Positions 10,623 to 20,086 of a DNA stretch of 64,000 nucleotides are shown here, one piece after another (positions within the stretch are counted from its first letter, which is position 1; every line of letters starts with the position of its first letter). The translations under genes were made by a program, and so were the position numbers. Origin of the DNA: Vermiphilus pyriformis (GTDB lineage Bacteria; Babelota; Babeliae; Babelales; Vermiphilaceae); contig CP074345.1 in the NCBI GenBank assembly GCA_022559525.1, positions 570,267 through 634,266 of the forward strand, given 5' to 3'. The notes under the pieces are model-generated. The model was not told the DNA's origin. It saw only the letters and a list, made by a program, of their open reading frames with translations, and searched no databases.

Positions 10623-11147
10623 TTGGATTATTATCCAATTACTATGAATAATAATCCAAACAAAACTCACGTCCAGTCCTCAATGCAACCTGAAAAGCGC
10701 AGGCAATTAATTGCACATCTTATACGACACCACCTTGTCGAAGACCAGGAGTCACTCGTATGTTTATTGAAAGATCAGTACCAACTTGATATCGCTCAAT
10801 CTATTATTTCACGTGATTTACAATACTTAAAAGCAGTTAAGGTCACTCAAAGTGGTCGGCGAATTTATCAGATACCTGCAATTGATGTACAGGAGCAGAT
10901 TGTACAACTTGCAGTGGCTTCTATTGAACACAATCAGACGTTAGTTGTGATCAAGACACGACCAGGCTTGGCAGATGCAGTCGCTGAATTTTTTGATACA
11001 CAAAAAATTCCCCGCATACTGGCAACCCTTGCGGGGGAAAATACTGTATTAATTATCCCTACCGACATTACTCAGACTGCATTACTTGCAGATGAACTGA
11101 AAATAAAATATACCAACTTACCCGACAAAGGACATGTCCATGAATAA
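10623..11147 (+). CDS. argR: arginine repressor family regulator
   Basis: The winged-helix segment RRQLIAHLI...IAQSIISRDLQYLKAVKV and the C-terminal LAGENTVLIIP resemble ArgR. The true start may be an internal ATG (MNNNPNK or MQPEKRR). Confidence 0.75.
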   Translation: MDYYPITMNNNPNKTHVQSSMQPEKRRQLIAHLIRHHLVEDQESLVCLLKDQYQLDIAQSIISRDLQYLKAVKVTQSGRRIYQIPAIDVQEQIVQLAVASIEHNQTLVVIKTRPGLADAVAEFFDTQKIPRILATLAGENTVLIIPTDITQTALLADELKIKYTNLPDKGHVHE

Positions 11148-11919
11148 AACTACTTTGATTATTACCGCACTTGTAGTCGCATCGCTTGCAGCCTTATATT
11201 ATAAAACAACGTACCGCTCAAATACCTTGACAAATCGTGCGCAAGTTGGTCAAACAGAAGATGCTTTAGTCATCGGTATTAACCCTTATCCTCCGTATGT
11301 AATTATTGACAATAACGACGTTACCGGCTTTGAAGCAGAATTAATTAAGGAAATTGGTCAGCAGCTTAATAAAAAAGTAGAATTTCAGAACATGGCATTT
11401 ACTTCGCTGGTAGCATCTGCACAAGCTGGCACTATTCATGCAATCGCGTGCGGCATTGCTCCTACTGCAGAACGTGCTGAAAAAGTATTATTTACCAAAC
11501 CTTATGTAAGCAATGATCCTTTAGTTATTTTAACTCTCAAAAGCCATGCGCCTATTAGAAATGTACAAGATTTATTAGGCAAAAAAGTGGTAGTCAACCA
11601 AGGGTATACTGCCGACATGTTCATCTCAAGCATCCCCGGTATGAATATAATGCGACTTGATGAAGTAGCCGATGGTTTCATGGCATTACAAAGCGGACAA
11701 GCCGATGCGTTTGTTACTGCCAGATCAAGCGCACAGCCTTATTTTAACAGTAAAAAAGAATCTACATTTTCTGCCACTGAAATACCAGGTAGTAGTGAAT
11801 CAATTGCATGCGCAGTCTCAAAAGCATATCCACAATTACACAGCGATATTGAACGTACACTTGAAAAATTGCAAAAAAATGGAACACTTGATGCACTTAA
11901 AAAGAAATGGAATCTGTAA
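11134..11919 (+). CDS. polar amino-acid ABC transporter, substrate-binding protein
   Basis: N-terminal membrane anchor or signal. Type-3 SBP pattern: PPYVIIDNNDVTGFEAELIKEIG, and LDALKKKWNL at the C-terminus. It overlaps the argR end. Confidence 0.85.
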   Translation: MSMNKTTLIITALVVASLAALYYKTTYRSNTLTNRAQVGQTEDALVIGINPYPPYVIIDNNDVTGFEAELIKEIGQQLNKKVEFQNMAFTSLVASAQAGTIHAIACGIAPTAERAEKVLFTKPYVSNDPLVILTLKSHAPIRNVQDLLGKKVVVNQGYTADMFISSIPGMNIMRLDEVADGFMALQSGQADAFVTARSSAQPYFNSKKESTFSATEIPGSSESIACAVSKAYPQLHSDIERTLEKLQKNGTLDALKKKWNL

Positions 11920-12581
11920 TGATTAATGTTGATTTAATTGTACAGTCATTGCCAGCCCTTATGCGGGGAGCAGTGGTTACACTCAAAATTGCAACACTGT
12001 GCACCTGTATTGGTATTGTGCTTGGAACATTGTTAGGCGTAGGTTCAACTTCATCTAATCGACTAATCACTTCATTGATTAATGCATATGTACTTATCAT
12101 TCGTGGCACACCCATGCTGATACAAATATTTATATCATTTTATGTATTACCTCAAATAGGCATAAAGCTTGCCCCTTTCTGGGCTGCCACTATTGCATTG
12201 GGACTTAATAGCAGTGCGTACTTAAGTCAGATTATTAAGGCAGGTATAACAAGTGTTCCGCGTGGCCAACTTGATGCAGCTTATGTACTCGGGCTGTCAA
12301 AATGGCAAACATTCAGATACATTACCATGCCTCAAGCACTTACTTTGATGCTACCGGCATTGGGCAATGAACTCGTGACACTGATTAAAGATTCTAGCTT
12401 GGCCTCGACCATTGGTGTAGTTGAACTATCGCGAGAAGGTTCTTTTATACAAAGCAGAACCCTTGATGCGTTAAGTATATATCTTGCAGTAGGAATGATT
12501 TACCTTGCGCTTACCATTACTGTTTCTTACTTTATACACCTTTATCAAAAAAGAATGAAAACTCATGCTCAATATAATTAA
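11907..12581 (+). CDS. polar amino-acid ABC transporter permease (HisM/ArtM type)
   Basis: Motifs IRGTPMLIQIF and the EAA-loop-like AAYVLGLSKWQTFRYITMPQAL. It overlaps both neighbours. Confidence 0.9.
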   Translation: MESVMINVDLIVQSLPALMRGAVVTLKIATLCTCIGIVLGTLLGVGSTSSNRLITSLINAYVLIIRGTPMLIQIFISFYVLPQIGIKLAPFWAATIALGLNSSAYLSQIIKAGITSVPRGQLDAAYVLGLSKWQTFRYITMPQALTLMLPALGNELVTLIKDSSLASTIGVVELSREGSFIQSRTLDALSIYLAVGMIYLALTITVSYFIHLYQKRMKTHAQYN

Positions 12582-13281
12582 TGTAAGTAAAAAATATGGT
12601 TCGCGTGTTATACTCAATAAAGTTAGCTGCCAAGTCAAAAAAGGACAAATTGCAGTACTCTTAGGGTCATCAGGCGTTGGCAAATCTACCCTTTTGCGTA
12701 TATTGGCAGGGCTTGAAAACTATGACCAAGGGACTATTACACTTGAAAACAAACCATTAACTCAAACCACCGGTACTCGTGCACAACAAGTAGGAATGGT
12801 ATTTCAACATTTTAATTTATTTGATCATCTTACTGTCGAGCGTAATGTAACATTAGCACTTGAATGCTCCGGCACAATAAATTCAACCGATGCAAAAATT
12901 CGTGCGCAAAAGCTTCTTGCTCATTATGGTATACAAGATAAAGCGACAATGTATCCCTCACAATTGTCAGGAGGACAAAAGCAGCGACTTGCTCTAGCTC
13001 GCGCACTAGCACTTGAGCCCGAAGTAATTTGCATGGATGAGCCTACTTCAGCTCTTGACCCCCAACTTACTTCAACCGTTTTGACTGCTATTGAACAACT
13101 TGCTCACGAAAATTACATTGTGGTAATTGCAACACATGATATTACACTTATTGAAAAATTACCGTGTTTCGTATACCTCATGGAACATGGGACAATTGTA
13201 GAAAATGCACATTCATCTGAGCTTAAAACACATAGTGATACGTATCCTAAGATTAAAAAATTTATTGCAGGCGCACATTAA
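12565..13281 (+). CDS. polar amino-acid ABC transporter ATP-binding protein
   Basis: Walker A GSSGVGKST, signature LSGGQKQR, Walker B ICMDEPTSALD. Confidence 0.95.
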   Translation: MLNIINVSKKYGSRVILNKVSCQVKKGQIAVLLGSSGVGKSTLLRILAGLENYDQGTITLENKPLTQTTGTRAQQVGMVFQHFNLFDHLTVERNVTLALECSGTINSTDAKIRAQKLLAHYGIQDKATMYPSQLSGGQKQRLALARALALEPEVICMDEPTSALDPQLTSTVLTAIEQLAHENYIVVIATHDITLIEKLPCFVYLMEHGTIVENAHSSELKTHSDTYPKIKKFIAGAH

Positions 13282-13335
13282 AAACAGCTTTTGATCGTGC
13301 TTTTCGTACAGATCAGCAAGAGTCATCATTTATGC

Positions 13336-13364
13336 TTGACATGGCTAATTTGGCTTGTTAGGAT
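13336..13364 (+). promoter_or_regulatory. orphan sigma70-like promoter in the ABC operon 3' region
   Basis: TTGACA, a 17-nt spacer, TAGGAT. No ORF lies downstream before the terminator at 13453..13487. Confidence 0.35.
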
Positions 13365-13369
13365 CAGTG

Positions 13370-13487
13370 TCAAGCTATACGTCAAGACGACGTAACGTTA
13401 TTACATTTGGTCCCTAATTGAACAATACGCATGGTATTGTTCACCCCCCTAACCCTTCAGCTTTTCTAAGTTGAAGGGCTTTTTTTT
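13370..13487 (+). ncRNA. candidate small RNA (unclassified) or long structured 3' UTR
   Basis: About 120 nt between the promoter-like element and a strong terminator. It contains a 10-bp hairpin TGAACAATAC/GTATTGTTCA at 13419..13443. I recognised no known RNA family signature. Confidence 0.3.
13453..13487 (+). terminator. intrinsic terminator
   Basis: CCCTTCAGCTT, loop TTCT, AAGTTGAAGGG (11-bp stem with one G-U pair), followed by C and a T-run of about 8. Confidence 0.8.
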
Positions 13488-13974
13488 ACGCTTCTATTTT
13501 AAAGTTAAGAGTAAGTATGCACTGTTCTTGTGCACCTTGATAATAAGTAGATAAAGATTGATAAGGACAGGCATTGACAAAGCGTGTCAGTGAATCAATT
13601 GTTCCTTCAAGCGTACATGCTACAGTACGGTTTTTATCTATTTTGTAATCTTTTAAATTAACAGATGTATCACGAGCACATTGTAACAATGTAGTAAGAC
13701 ATGCAATGCTAGTTGTTTTATCACCTGAAGTTTGAACAGGATTTTGGCACGCACATACTGCACAACGATCAAGAACACCAATCAGGCTCGTGTATTCCTG
13801 ACATGCACTTACATTAATAGTGTCATAATAAGTTCGCGCCCATGACATATTCATATACAATGCAATCCAGATAATAATAAGAAGAACTGAACCACATAAA
13901 GTTATTAATATGCGACTACGCACGGTAGTGCTCTTTAGAAATTGATTGAGACGAACATATTTATGAAGATACAT
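13486..13974 (-). CDS. bitopic membrane protein with a Cys-rich extracytoplasmic domain
   Basis: 162-aa ORF with one TM segment (ILITLCGSVLLIIIWIALY) and about ten Cys in the C-terminal domain. It lies directly downstream of the M23 peptidase gene. Confidence 0.55.
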   Translation of the reverse strand: MYLHKYVRLNQFLKSTTVRSRILITLCGSVLLIIIWIALYMNMSWARTYYDTINVSACQEYTSLIGVLDRCAVCACQNPVQTSGDKTTSIACLTTLLQCARDTSVNLKDYKIDKNRTVACTLEGTIDSLTRFVNACPYQSLSTYYQGAQEQCILTLNFKIEA

Positions 13975-13996
13975 ATATCATTCACACTGCATGAAT

Positions 13997-15205
13997 CTAA
14001 AACGTTGGTCGTGTCCACTGCATAGGATCTACTGCAACGTTGTTAATGCGCATTTCCCAGTGTAAGTGATAACCGCTTGCATATCCTGTTTTGCCTAATG
14101 TCCCGACAGGATTGCCTTTTGCAATTTTCTGACCAATTTTAATATCAGCAAATTGATCAAGATGATAATACATAGATAGCACTCCCCATCCATGATCGAT
14201 AATTACCGTATTGCCGCTAGTATCATACCGCTCCTTCAATACCACTATTCCATCTTGTGAGGCCCACACAACGCTTTTAGGAGTATTGACTAAATCAAGT
14301 GCTTTATGCATATACCTGCCACGTTCTTGAGTTGTACGAATAGTTCCAAAGTCACAGCTTACTCGAGTCACATCAATAGGCGTACAAAATGCTCCTCGCC
14401 ATAATTTTTGTTTTTCTGATCGAGATGATAAAAGTCCAATTGTTTTTTCAAGCTCGTCCTTGGATGGCGCACCTATTTCTTTTTCCTCTTGAAGTTTTTG
14501 CGCAGTTACCGTTAAGGTTTGCTTTTTAAAAGGAAATGCAACCACCATAAACTTATTATCCATGGTTACACTATTGCCAACTTTATCAGTAACGTTCACG
14601 GTAAAAAGGAATTCTCCTGGCGCTTCTTCGCATGCTACAGGAATAAAACATTCATAAACAGAAGAATTTTTAGATTCAGGAAAACAAGTAAATGCTTGCG
14701 ATAAAGCGCTCACTTGCGCTCCTTCTATATCTTTGTTTACTTGGAATTGAACGTGTAAAGTACGCCCTTGAAAGACCTTATTATCACCTTCAGAACGGAC
14801 AAAAGCAACTTGAAGTGGAACATTGTCTACATAAAATTCACGCTCAATCACTTTTTTATTATGATTAAAAGTAGAATCCACAACTTGAACTTTTAAAGTA
14901 TGTTTTGCGTTAGTAAGAGTCTTGGTTGGGATAATAAAAGGATGATCAACAAAATTAGAACTTATCTTAAATTCATTAATAAGAGGTTGGCCATCAAGCC
15001 ATACTGATAATAATCCTTTTTTAGAACTTGCAACTGCACACTGCATATCTCCTGCATAGGTGCCTTGTGAATTAATGCCTGATATCGTAATCTCAGGCGT
15101 GTATGCATCGAAGAAATAGTTTGAAATTTTCCATCCACTTACAAGCGCCACGGTCAATAGAGGAATAACAATATAACGTTTTTTAAATTCCATATATATA
15201 TCCAT
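13997..15205 (-). CDS. M23 family metallopeptidase (membrane-anchored)
   Basis: HKALDL (HxxxD) and GYHLHWEM (HxH) zinc motifs of LytM/M23, with an N-terminal TM segment. Confidence 0.85.
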   Translation of the reverse strand: MDIYMEFKKRYIVIPLLTVALVSGWKISNYFFDAYTPEITISGINSQGTYAGDMQCAVASSKKGLLSVWLDGQPLINEFKISSNFVDHPFIIPTKTLTNAKHTLKVQVVDSTFNHNKKVIEREFYVDNVPLQVAFVRSEGDNKVFQGRTLHVQFQVNKDIEGAQVSALSQAFTCFPESKNSSVYECFIPVACEEAPGEFLFTVNVTDKVGNSVTMDNKFMVVAFPFKKQTLTVTAQKLQEEKEIGAPSKDELEKTIGLLSSRSEKQKLWRGAFCTPIDVTRVSCDFGTIRTTQERGRYMHKALDLVNTPKSVVWASQDGIVVLKERYDTSGNTVIIDHGWGVLSMYYHLDQFADIKIGQKIAKGNPVGTLGKTGYASGYHLHWEMRINNVAVDPMQWTRPTF

Positions 15206-15330
15206 AAAAAGAGAAAAACTACAAACAAATGTAGCTTGGTATACTTATAGTTTTAGTCTAACATCTGTACTATTTTGTGCAAAATAATCATATATCTTAG
15301 AATTACCTTTACAGAAGTAATATTAATTAT

Positions 15331-16647
15331 TCATTGCTGATCGAGTGGTTGAACAGGTTGCTCAAAATATATCTGTAACGATAGGGGTAGCTGGTGATAA
15401 TCAACTAAATTGATGATAGATTCAAAACTATCAGAACAGAATGTATTCCAAAAAAGAACGCGGGCTTGGGGCTGTCGATACTGCTGCAAGTAAGATTCCA
15501 TACCGGCCCACGCTTTAGCCGAATATACTCCATCTAACGTAATATTGGTGGCATGAGCGACTAGACGTATAGCGTTCACAGCTTGTTGAGTAAATAATGA
15601 ATATTCTTGTCCTGCGCTATCAAAACGCAAGATAAGATCGCATGATTCAAACGACTTGCTTTTAAAGCTCGGATCCAAAGAGTACAGCCAATTTTGAGTT
15701 TGATTATACAGAGTCTCTATAGTGGCAATACATTGCCCTGAATACTCTTCAGGCTCTACGGCAATACCAACAATGCGTGTTTTAAGACCTGCCGCACTGA
15801 CACCTAAAAGTATCCCTACTATAGTGCCAGCACTTCCTACTGGAGCAAATATTATGTCAGGTTCTACCAATTTGCCTTGAATAATTTGCTCTTTGAGCTC
15901 AAAGACTGCATTAATATATCCCAAAACACCGCGAGGGCATGATCCACCGGTTGGAATAATATAAGGAAACATGCCACTATTAATTTTTTCTTGTCCTAAT
16001 ATATGGCTTACCATACTCGCACGCAAATCTTTATGTGGAACTGTCACTAGCTGCGCACCAGAAGCATGATCAAGAAGTAAATTTCGACGGGTAATTTGAG
16101 TATTATGTTGATTTGATAACAGGAGTATGCAACGCAATCCTAATTGTTGTGCATAGGTTGCAATTGCCAAGCCATGATTAGTACCAGCCGCTCCCCGTGT
16201 CAGTATACATTGAGCGCCTTGTGCTAATGCATCGGCCAATAAAAATTCTGCTTTACGTACTTTATTACCACCAAACAACTTACGTCTATTTTGATCGTAC
16301 CCTCCTGTTAAATCGTCACGCTTAATATACAAACTCTGTATATCAAAATGTGTTGCAAGCTGCGGGACCGATGTAATTGGCGTTGGTAAATCTGCTAATG
16401 ATATATAAGAGATGACGCCTTTCAGATGGGGAAAAGCAAGGAATAACGGCACATGTGTGTGCGAAATTAAAATTTTAGTTGATTCATTTTCATCATGCAC
16501 ATCAATAAGTTCTTCGAGCGCATTAATCTGGGTATCTTGCAAACCAAAATAATGTGTAGCTTGATATAGCTGTTCATTATTATACTGTGGCCACAAAGAC
16601 GAATATATAAAAAGTATACTATATAGACCGAATATAATTTTCTTCAT
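15331..16647 (-). CDS. PLP-dependent D-cysteine desulfhydrase / ACC deaminase family protein with an N-terminal extension
   Basis: GGNKVRKAEFLLADA (PLP lysine motif), TRGAAGTNHG and PTGGS match the family. The protein is 438 aa and has a signal-like N-terminus, MKKIIFGLYSILFIYSSLW. Confidence 0.8.
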   Translation of the reverse strand: MKKIIFGLYSILFIYSSLWPQYNNEQLYQATHYFGLQDTQINALEELIDVHDENESTKILISHTHVPLFLAFPHLKGVISYISLADLPTPITSVPQLATHFDIQSLYIKRDDLTGGYDQNRRKLFGGNKVRKAEFLLADALAQGAQCILTRGAAGTNHGLAIATYAQQLGLRCILLLSNQHNTQITRRNLLLDHASGAQLVTVPHKDLRASMVSHILGQEKINSGMFPYIIPTGGSCPRGVLGYINAVFELKEQIIQGKLVEPDIIFAPVGSAGTIVGILLGVSAAGLKTRIVGIAVEPEEYSGQCIATIETLYNQTQNWLYSLDPSFKSKSFESCDLILRFDSAGQEYSLFTQQAVNAIRLVAHATNITLDGVYSAKAWAGMESYLQQYRQPQARVLFWNTFCSDSFESIINLVDYHQLPLSLQIYFEQPVQPLDQQ

Positions 16648-16899
16648 ATCACCACCTTTAGTTGTAAAAGAAATATATAAAGAATGTGTTAAGAATGTAT
16701 CTTCATTCTATAAGTTTTTATTTTACATTCGCACAAACATTTTCTTTTTACAAATTATTCTAGAACTATTAACAGCATACAAGATCCCGATAAAAACAGC
16801 TTACATACATTATAAAGCAATGAAATTTATCAATTTGTTACAATTTGAATTTTATGATATACTATAAATAATCCACAAAAGAAGTTGGGAGGAATATGT

Positions 16900-18147
16900 A
16901 TGGAAAAACGATTTCCTGACGCTCCTGGGGTATATTTCTTCAAGAGCACAGATAATAAAATTATATATATTGGCAAAGCAAAGTCGCTTAAAAACCGTCT
17001 TAACACCTATTTTGTTAAAAATAATAAGGATTGGAAGGTTCTTGCGCTATTGGAAGAACACGCAAGCGTTGAATGGGTTTTGACGACAACTGAAATCGAG
17101 GCTTTGTTGCTTGAAGCACAAATGATTAAAGAACATCAGCCAAAATACAACGTACTTTTAAAAAATGGCCAGCCATTTATATATATTATGTTCACAAAAG
17201 CCGATCTGCCGGTTATTCAACTTGTACGTAGTAAAAAAGATAAAGGCACTTATTTCGGTCCTTTTTTGCATAAGAATGATGCTCGTCAGGTTTATTATTT
17301 CTTAAAAGAGACATTTAAACTCTCAATGTGCAACAAAAAAATTGCCAATGGATGCCTTGATTATCATTTGGGCAGATGTGCGGGCAGTTGTAAAAATGAA
17401 TTTAGCGACCAAGATTATAAATTTAGAGTAGAGCTTGCAATTGATGCGCTATCCTATGATCACCAAAGTTTTATTACAAAACTTAAAGAAAAAATAGCAG
17501 AACATAGCAAGAGCTTTGAATTTGAAAAAGCGCGTACATTATCTCGTTATGTCGAGGGCATGGAAACTATATTTAAAACCATTAAAGTAAAATTTGATCA
17601 GAGTAAGTTTGCAGATCAATTAATTACTGTTACCAGTCCAGTAAAAAGCCCGAGCCAAACACCTGAAAGCGCTCTGCATTTACAAGCATTACTCGGCACT
17701 CCAACTCCTGTTGTTACTGTTGACTGTTTTGATATCTCACACTTTCAAAGCAGCTCTATTGTAGGTTCTTGTGTACGATTTACCAATGGGGTGCCTGAAA
17801 AAAATAAATTTCGTAAATTTAAAATACGCTCACTAATCGAGCAAAATGACTATGCAGCTTTGCAAGAAATTATAGCGCGTCGATATAAGAACGGCGATAT
17901 ACCCGATCTTATCTTGATTGACGGAGGCAAGGGACAACTATCTGCAGCACGAGCAGTAATGCCTGATGCACAGATGATTAGTTTAGCCAAACGCGAAGAG
18001 ACTATTTTTGGAGCCCAATTTCCTGAGGGCAAAAAACTCGATCTCCACAATCCTGCCGGTGCTCTTCTTATTGCATTACGTGACTATGCACATCATTTTG
18101 CTATTAGTTATCATAGATATCGCCGCTCATCACACCTGAAATCTTAG
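16900..18147 (+). CDS. uvrC: UvrC-like excinuclease subunit, short form lacking the C-terminal (HhH)2 domain
   Basis: GIY-YIG motif GVYFF...IYIGKAKSLKNRL, a UVR-like FEFEKARTLSRY, and the endonuclease core FDISHFQ...LILIDGGKGQL. A GGAGG RBS precedes the ATG at 16900 (track start 16885). Confidence 0.85.
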   Translation: MEKRFPDAPGVYFFKSTDNKIIYIGKAKSLKNRLNTYFVKNNKDWKVLALLEEHASVEWVLTTTEIEALLLEAQMIKEHQPKYNVLLKNGQPFIYIMFTKADLPVIQLVRSKKDKGTYFGPFLHKNDARQVYYFLKETFKLSMCNKKIANGCLDYHLGRCAGSCKNEFSDQDYKFRVELAIDALSYDHQSFITKLKEKIAEHSKSFEFEKARTLSRYVEGMETIFKTIKVKFDQSKFADQLITVTSPVKSPSQTPESALHLQALLGTPTPVVTVDCFDISHFQSSSIVGSCVRFTNGVPEKNKFRKFKIRSLIEQNDYAALQEIIARRYKNGDIPDLILIDGGKGQLSAARAVMPDAQMISLAKREETIFGAQFPEGKKLDLHNPAGALLIALRDYAHHFAISYHRYRRSSHLKS

Positions 18148-18158
18148 TTTCAAACATA

Positions 18159-19064
18159 TTATGCAAAACGCATTTTCGATTGATAGTCAGGCAATATAGA
18201 TATTCCTGATAAGTTAGCACAGGTAGTAATGATATCACCATCTAAAATAGTAGCATGTGGAGTTGACTTAACAGTATTAGTATAATCAAGCTGGCAAAGC
18301 ACATGTGCTATACGAGCAATATGACTACCTCCAGCACAAACTATTATGGGTTGCGGCTTTAGACAATTAAGTTGATTGATATAAATATAATGAAGAACTT
18401 GAATATCAAAAAGCGCCGCATCGTATATAAGTAATGCTTCTTGTGCAGTCACACTCATATCATCAGCTGAGCCTAAGCATTTTTTGAGGAGCCCAAATCC
18501 TTTTTTTTCAAGCTTTTCAACAAGTTCAGACCAATCTTCAAAAGATATCTTTTTAATGTAATTATGCGCTTGTTTAATACGTCCAAGACATTTACGATAA
18601 TATTTTGTAAGAATAGGCCCGTCATTGAAATTCTCCATACTCTCAATAAGAGCATCGACATTGGCCAACCATAAAGTTTTTAATTTTTCCTTCATGCCAT
18701 CAGGAAGTCCAAACTGAGCTTGATTTGCAAATGCAACTTTAGCATGTCTACACTCCATATTAATAACATGTGAATCAAGTTGAGCAATCTTATTTAAAAT
18801 AACAGGCTGTTGATGCTCAGAAAATACTTTGAAATAATTTTTCAAGAGTGGAGAACTACCCGGATAGTTAAATATATCTTCAACTAAAAATGCAGGCGAT
18901 ACTGGTAAGTATTTTTTTTCAATTACTGATATATGATGTTTGTCGTACTTGTCATGCACAATGTGATTTTCTGCAAATAGATAAGTATATGAATTATTTG
19001 GCGCAATTGAACGTTGACCATAATAAAAATAAGCAGAGATGGAAAACGTATACATAAAAAACAT
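18159..19064 (-). CDS. hypothetical protein
   Basis: 301-aa ORF. IIVCAGGSHIARIAHVL weakly recalls the GxxH motif of the ChaN/TraB/GumN/TIKI superfamily, but I cannot make a firm assignment. Confidence 0.5.
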   Translation of the reverse strand: MFFMYTFSISAYFYYGQRSIAPNNSYTYLFAENHIVHDKYDKHHISVIEKKYLPVSPAFLVEDIFNYPGSSPLLKNYFKVFSEHQQPVILNKIAQLDSHVINMECRHAKVAFANQAQFGLPDGMKEKLKTLWLANVDALIESMENFNDGPILTKYYRKCLGRIKQAHNYIKKISFEDWSELVEKLEKKGFGLLKKCLGSADDMSVTAQEALLIYDAALFDIQVLHYIYINQLNCLKPQPIIVCAGGSHIARIAHVLCQLDYTNTVKSTPHATILDGDIITTCANLSGISILPDYQSKMRFA

Positions 19065-19309
19065 AAAATCAAAAATGTTCTATTCACAAATAACCTCCCT
19101 TATTGTGTATAGGATGTATAATCAGGCGTATATTTTTATTTAACCAAACTATATATTACATAATAACATACATACGTATTTTGTCAAATTTAAATTAATC
19201 AAATAGAATTATAAATTTCAAACTAACGATCTGATCAGGTTTTTTTGATAAATGCTTTTTTGTGTTTAAGCAAAATAGATCTAAGTACACATGTTACTCA
19301 ATAATATAT

Positions 19310-19870
19310 TTATAAATTAGTAATAAGGTTATGCATGTGAAGTTTATAGAGTAGTCTTAAAAAAGTTGTTTGGTAATTCGACAATTGTTCTTCTTGCAAT
19401 ATAAGTTCCATCTGGTCATAAAATTTTAGTAGTGATGCTTTTGCATACGTAACATATTCAGCTCGAGTACTAACAGGACGAACTTTAACCATATCAATAA
19501 ATTTATTTATGTGATTATTTAAAGCATCGCTAATTTTGCAATTAACCTCATCTATTTTGCGAGCAGCCTCATCTAAAAATTCTAAAATAATATTACTATC
19601 CGCTAAGGTTACTTGAAACTCTTGAAACGTTTTCATAAGAATTTCTTTAAAATTATTACCGCGTTTTTCAATTTGAGATTCACGCAATTCTAATGAATAC
19701 ACCGTTGCTAACATTTCATCATGGCAACGCTCCATTTCCTGGATAAATCCATGAATGATTTGGTCGTGAATAATTTCAAGTCTTACTGGCAGTAGCGTAT
19801 CGGTAGAAAATAAATTAATGGCCGCGCCTGCGCTTATACCTAATAAAGCAAATTTAATATATGATTTCAT
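19310..19870 (-). CDS. hypothetical secreted helical protein
   Basis: The ORF track gives 19310..19903. The internal ATG gives MKSYIKFALLGISAGAAINLFS, a signal peptide. Confidence 0.55.
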   Translation of the reverse strand: MKSYIKFALLGISAGAAINLFSTDTLLPVRLEIIHDQIIHGFIQEMERCHDEMLATVYSLELRESQIEKRGNNFKEILMKTFQEFQVTLADSNIILEFLDEAARKIDEVNCKISDALNNHINKFIDMVKVRPVSTRAEYVTYAKASLLKFYDQMELILQEEQLSNYQTTFLRLLYKLHMHNLITNL

Positions 19871-20086
19871 TGTGTATCTCGTGAAGTAAAAATAATATAG
19901 CAATATCTTAAAATTTTATTAATAAATATTCAAAAAACTGCATGCACTTTACTATGTGATGGCTCATTTATCTCAAGTTTTATAAGAGTTATATTGAAGT
20001 TAGTTACATATTTGATGACTCTGGGATAGCCTTTACATTAGACTACTATCACTGCCCCATTTCTATCAAATTTAACGAGGGTGATA

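Noticed and set aside
13282-13487. Possibility that the structured region after the ABC operon is 4.5S/SRP RNA, tmRNA, 6S RNA or a tRNA
   Set aside because: I could not find the SRP domain IV motifs (GGAA / AGCA symmetric-loop context), a tRNA-like acceptor/T-arm (GGTTCGAATCC-like), or tmRNA tag features. It is kept only as an unclassified sRNA candidate.
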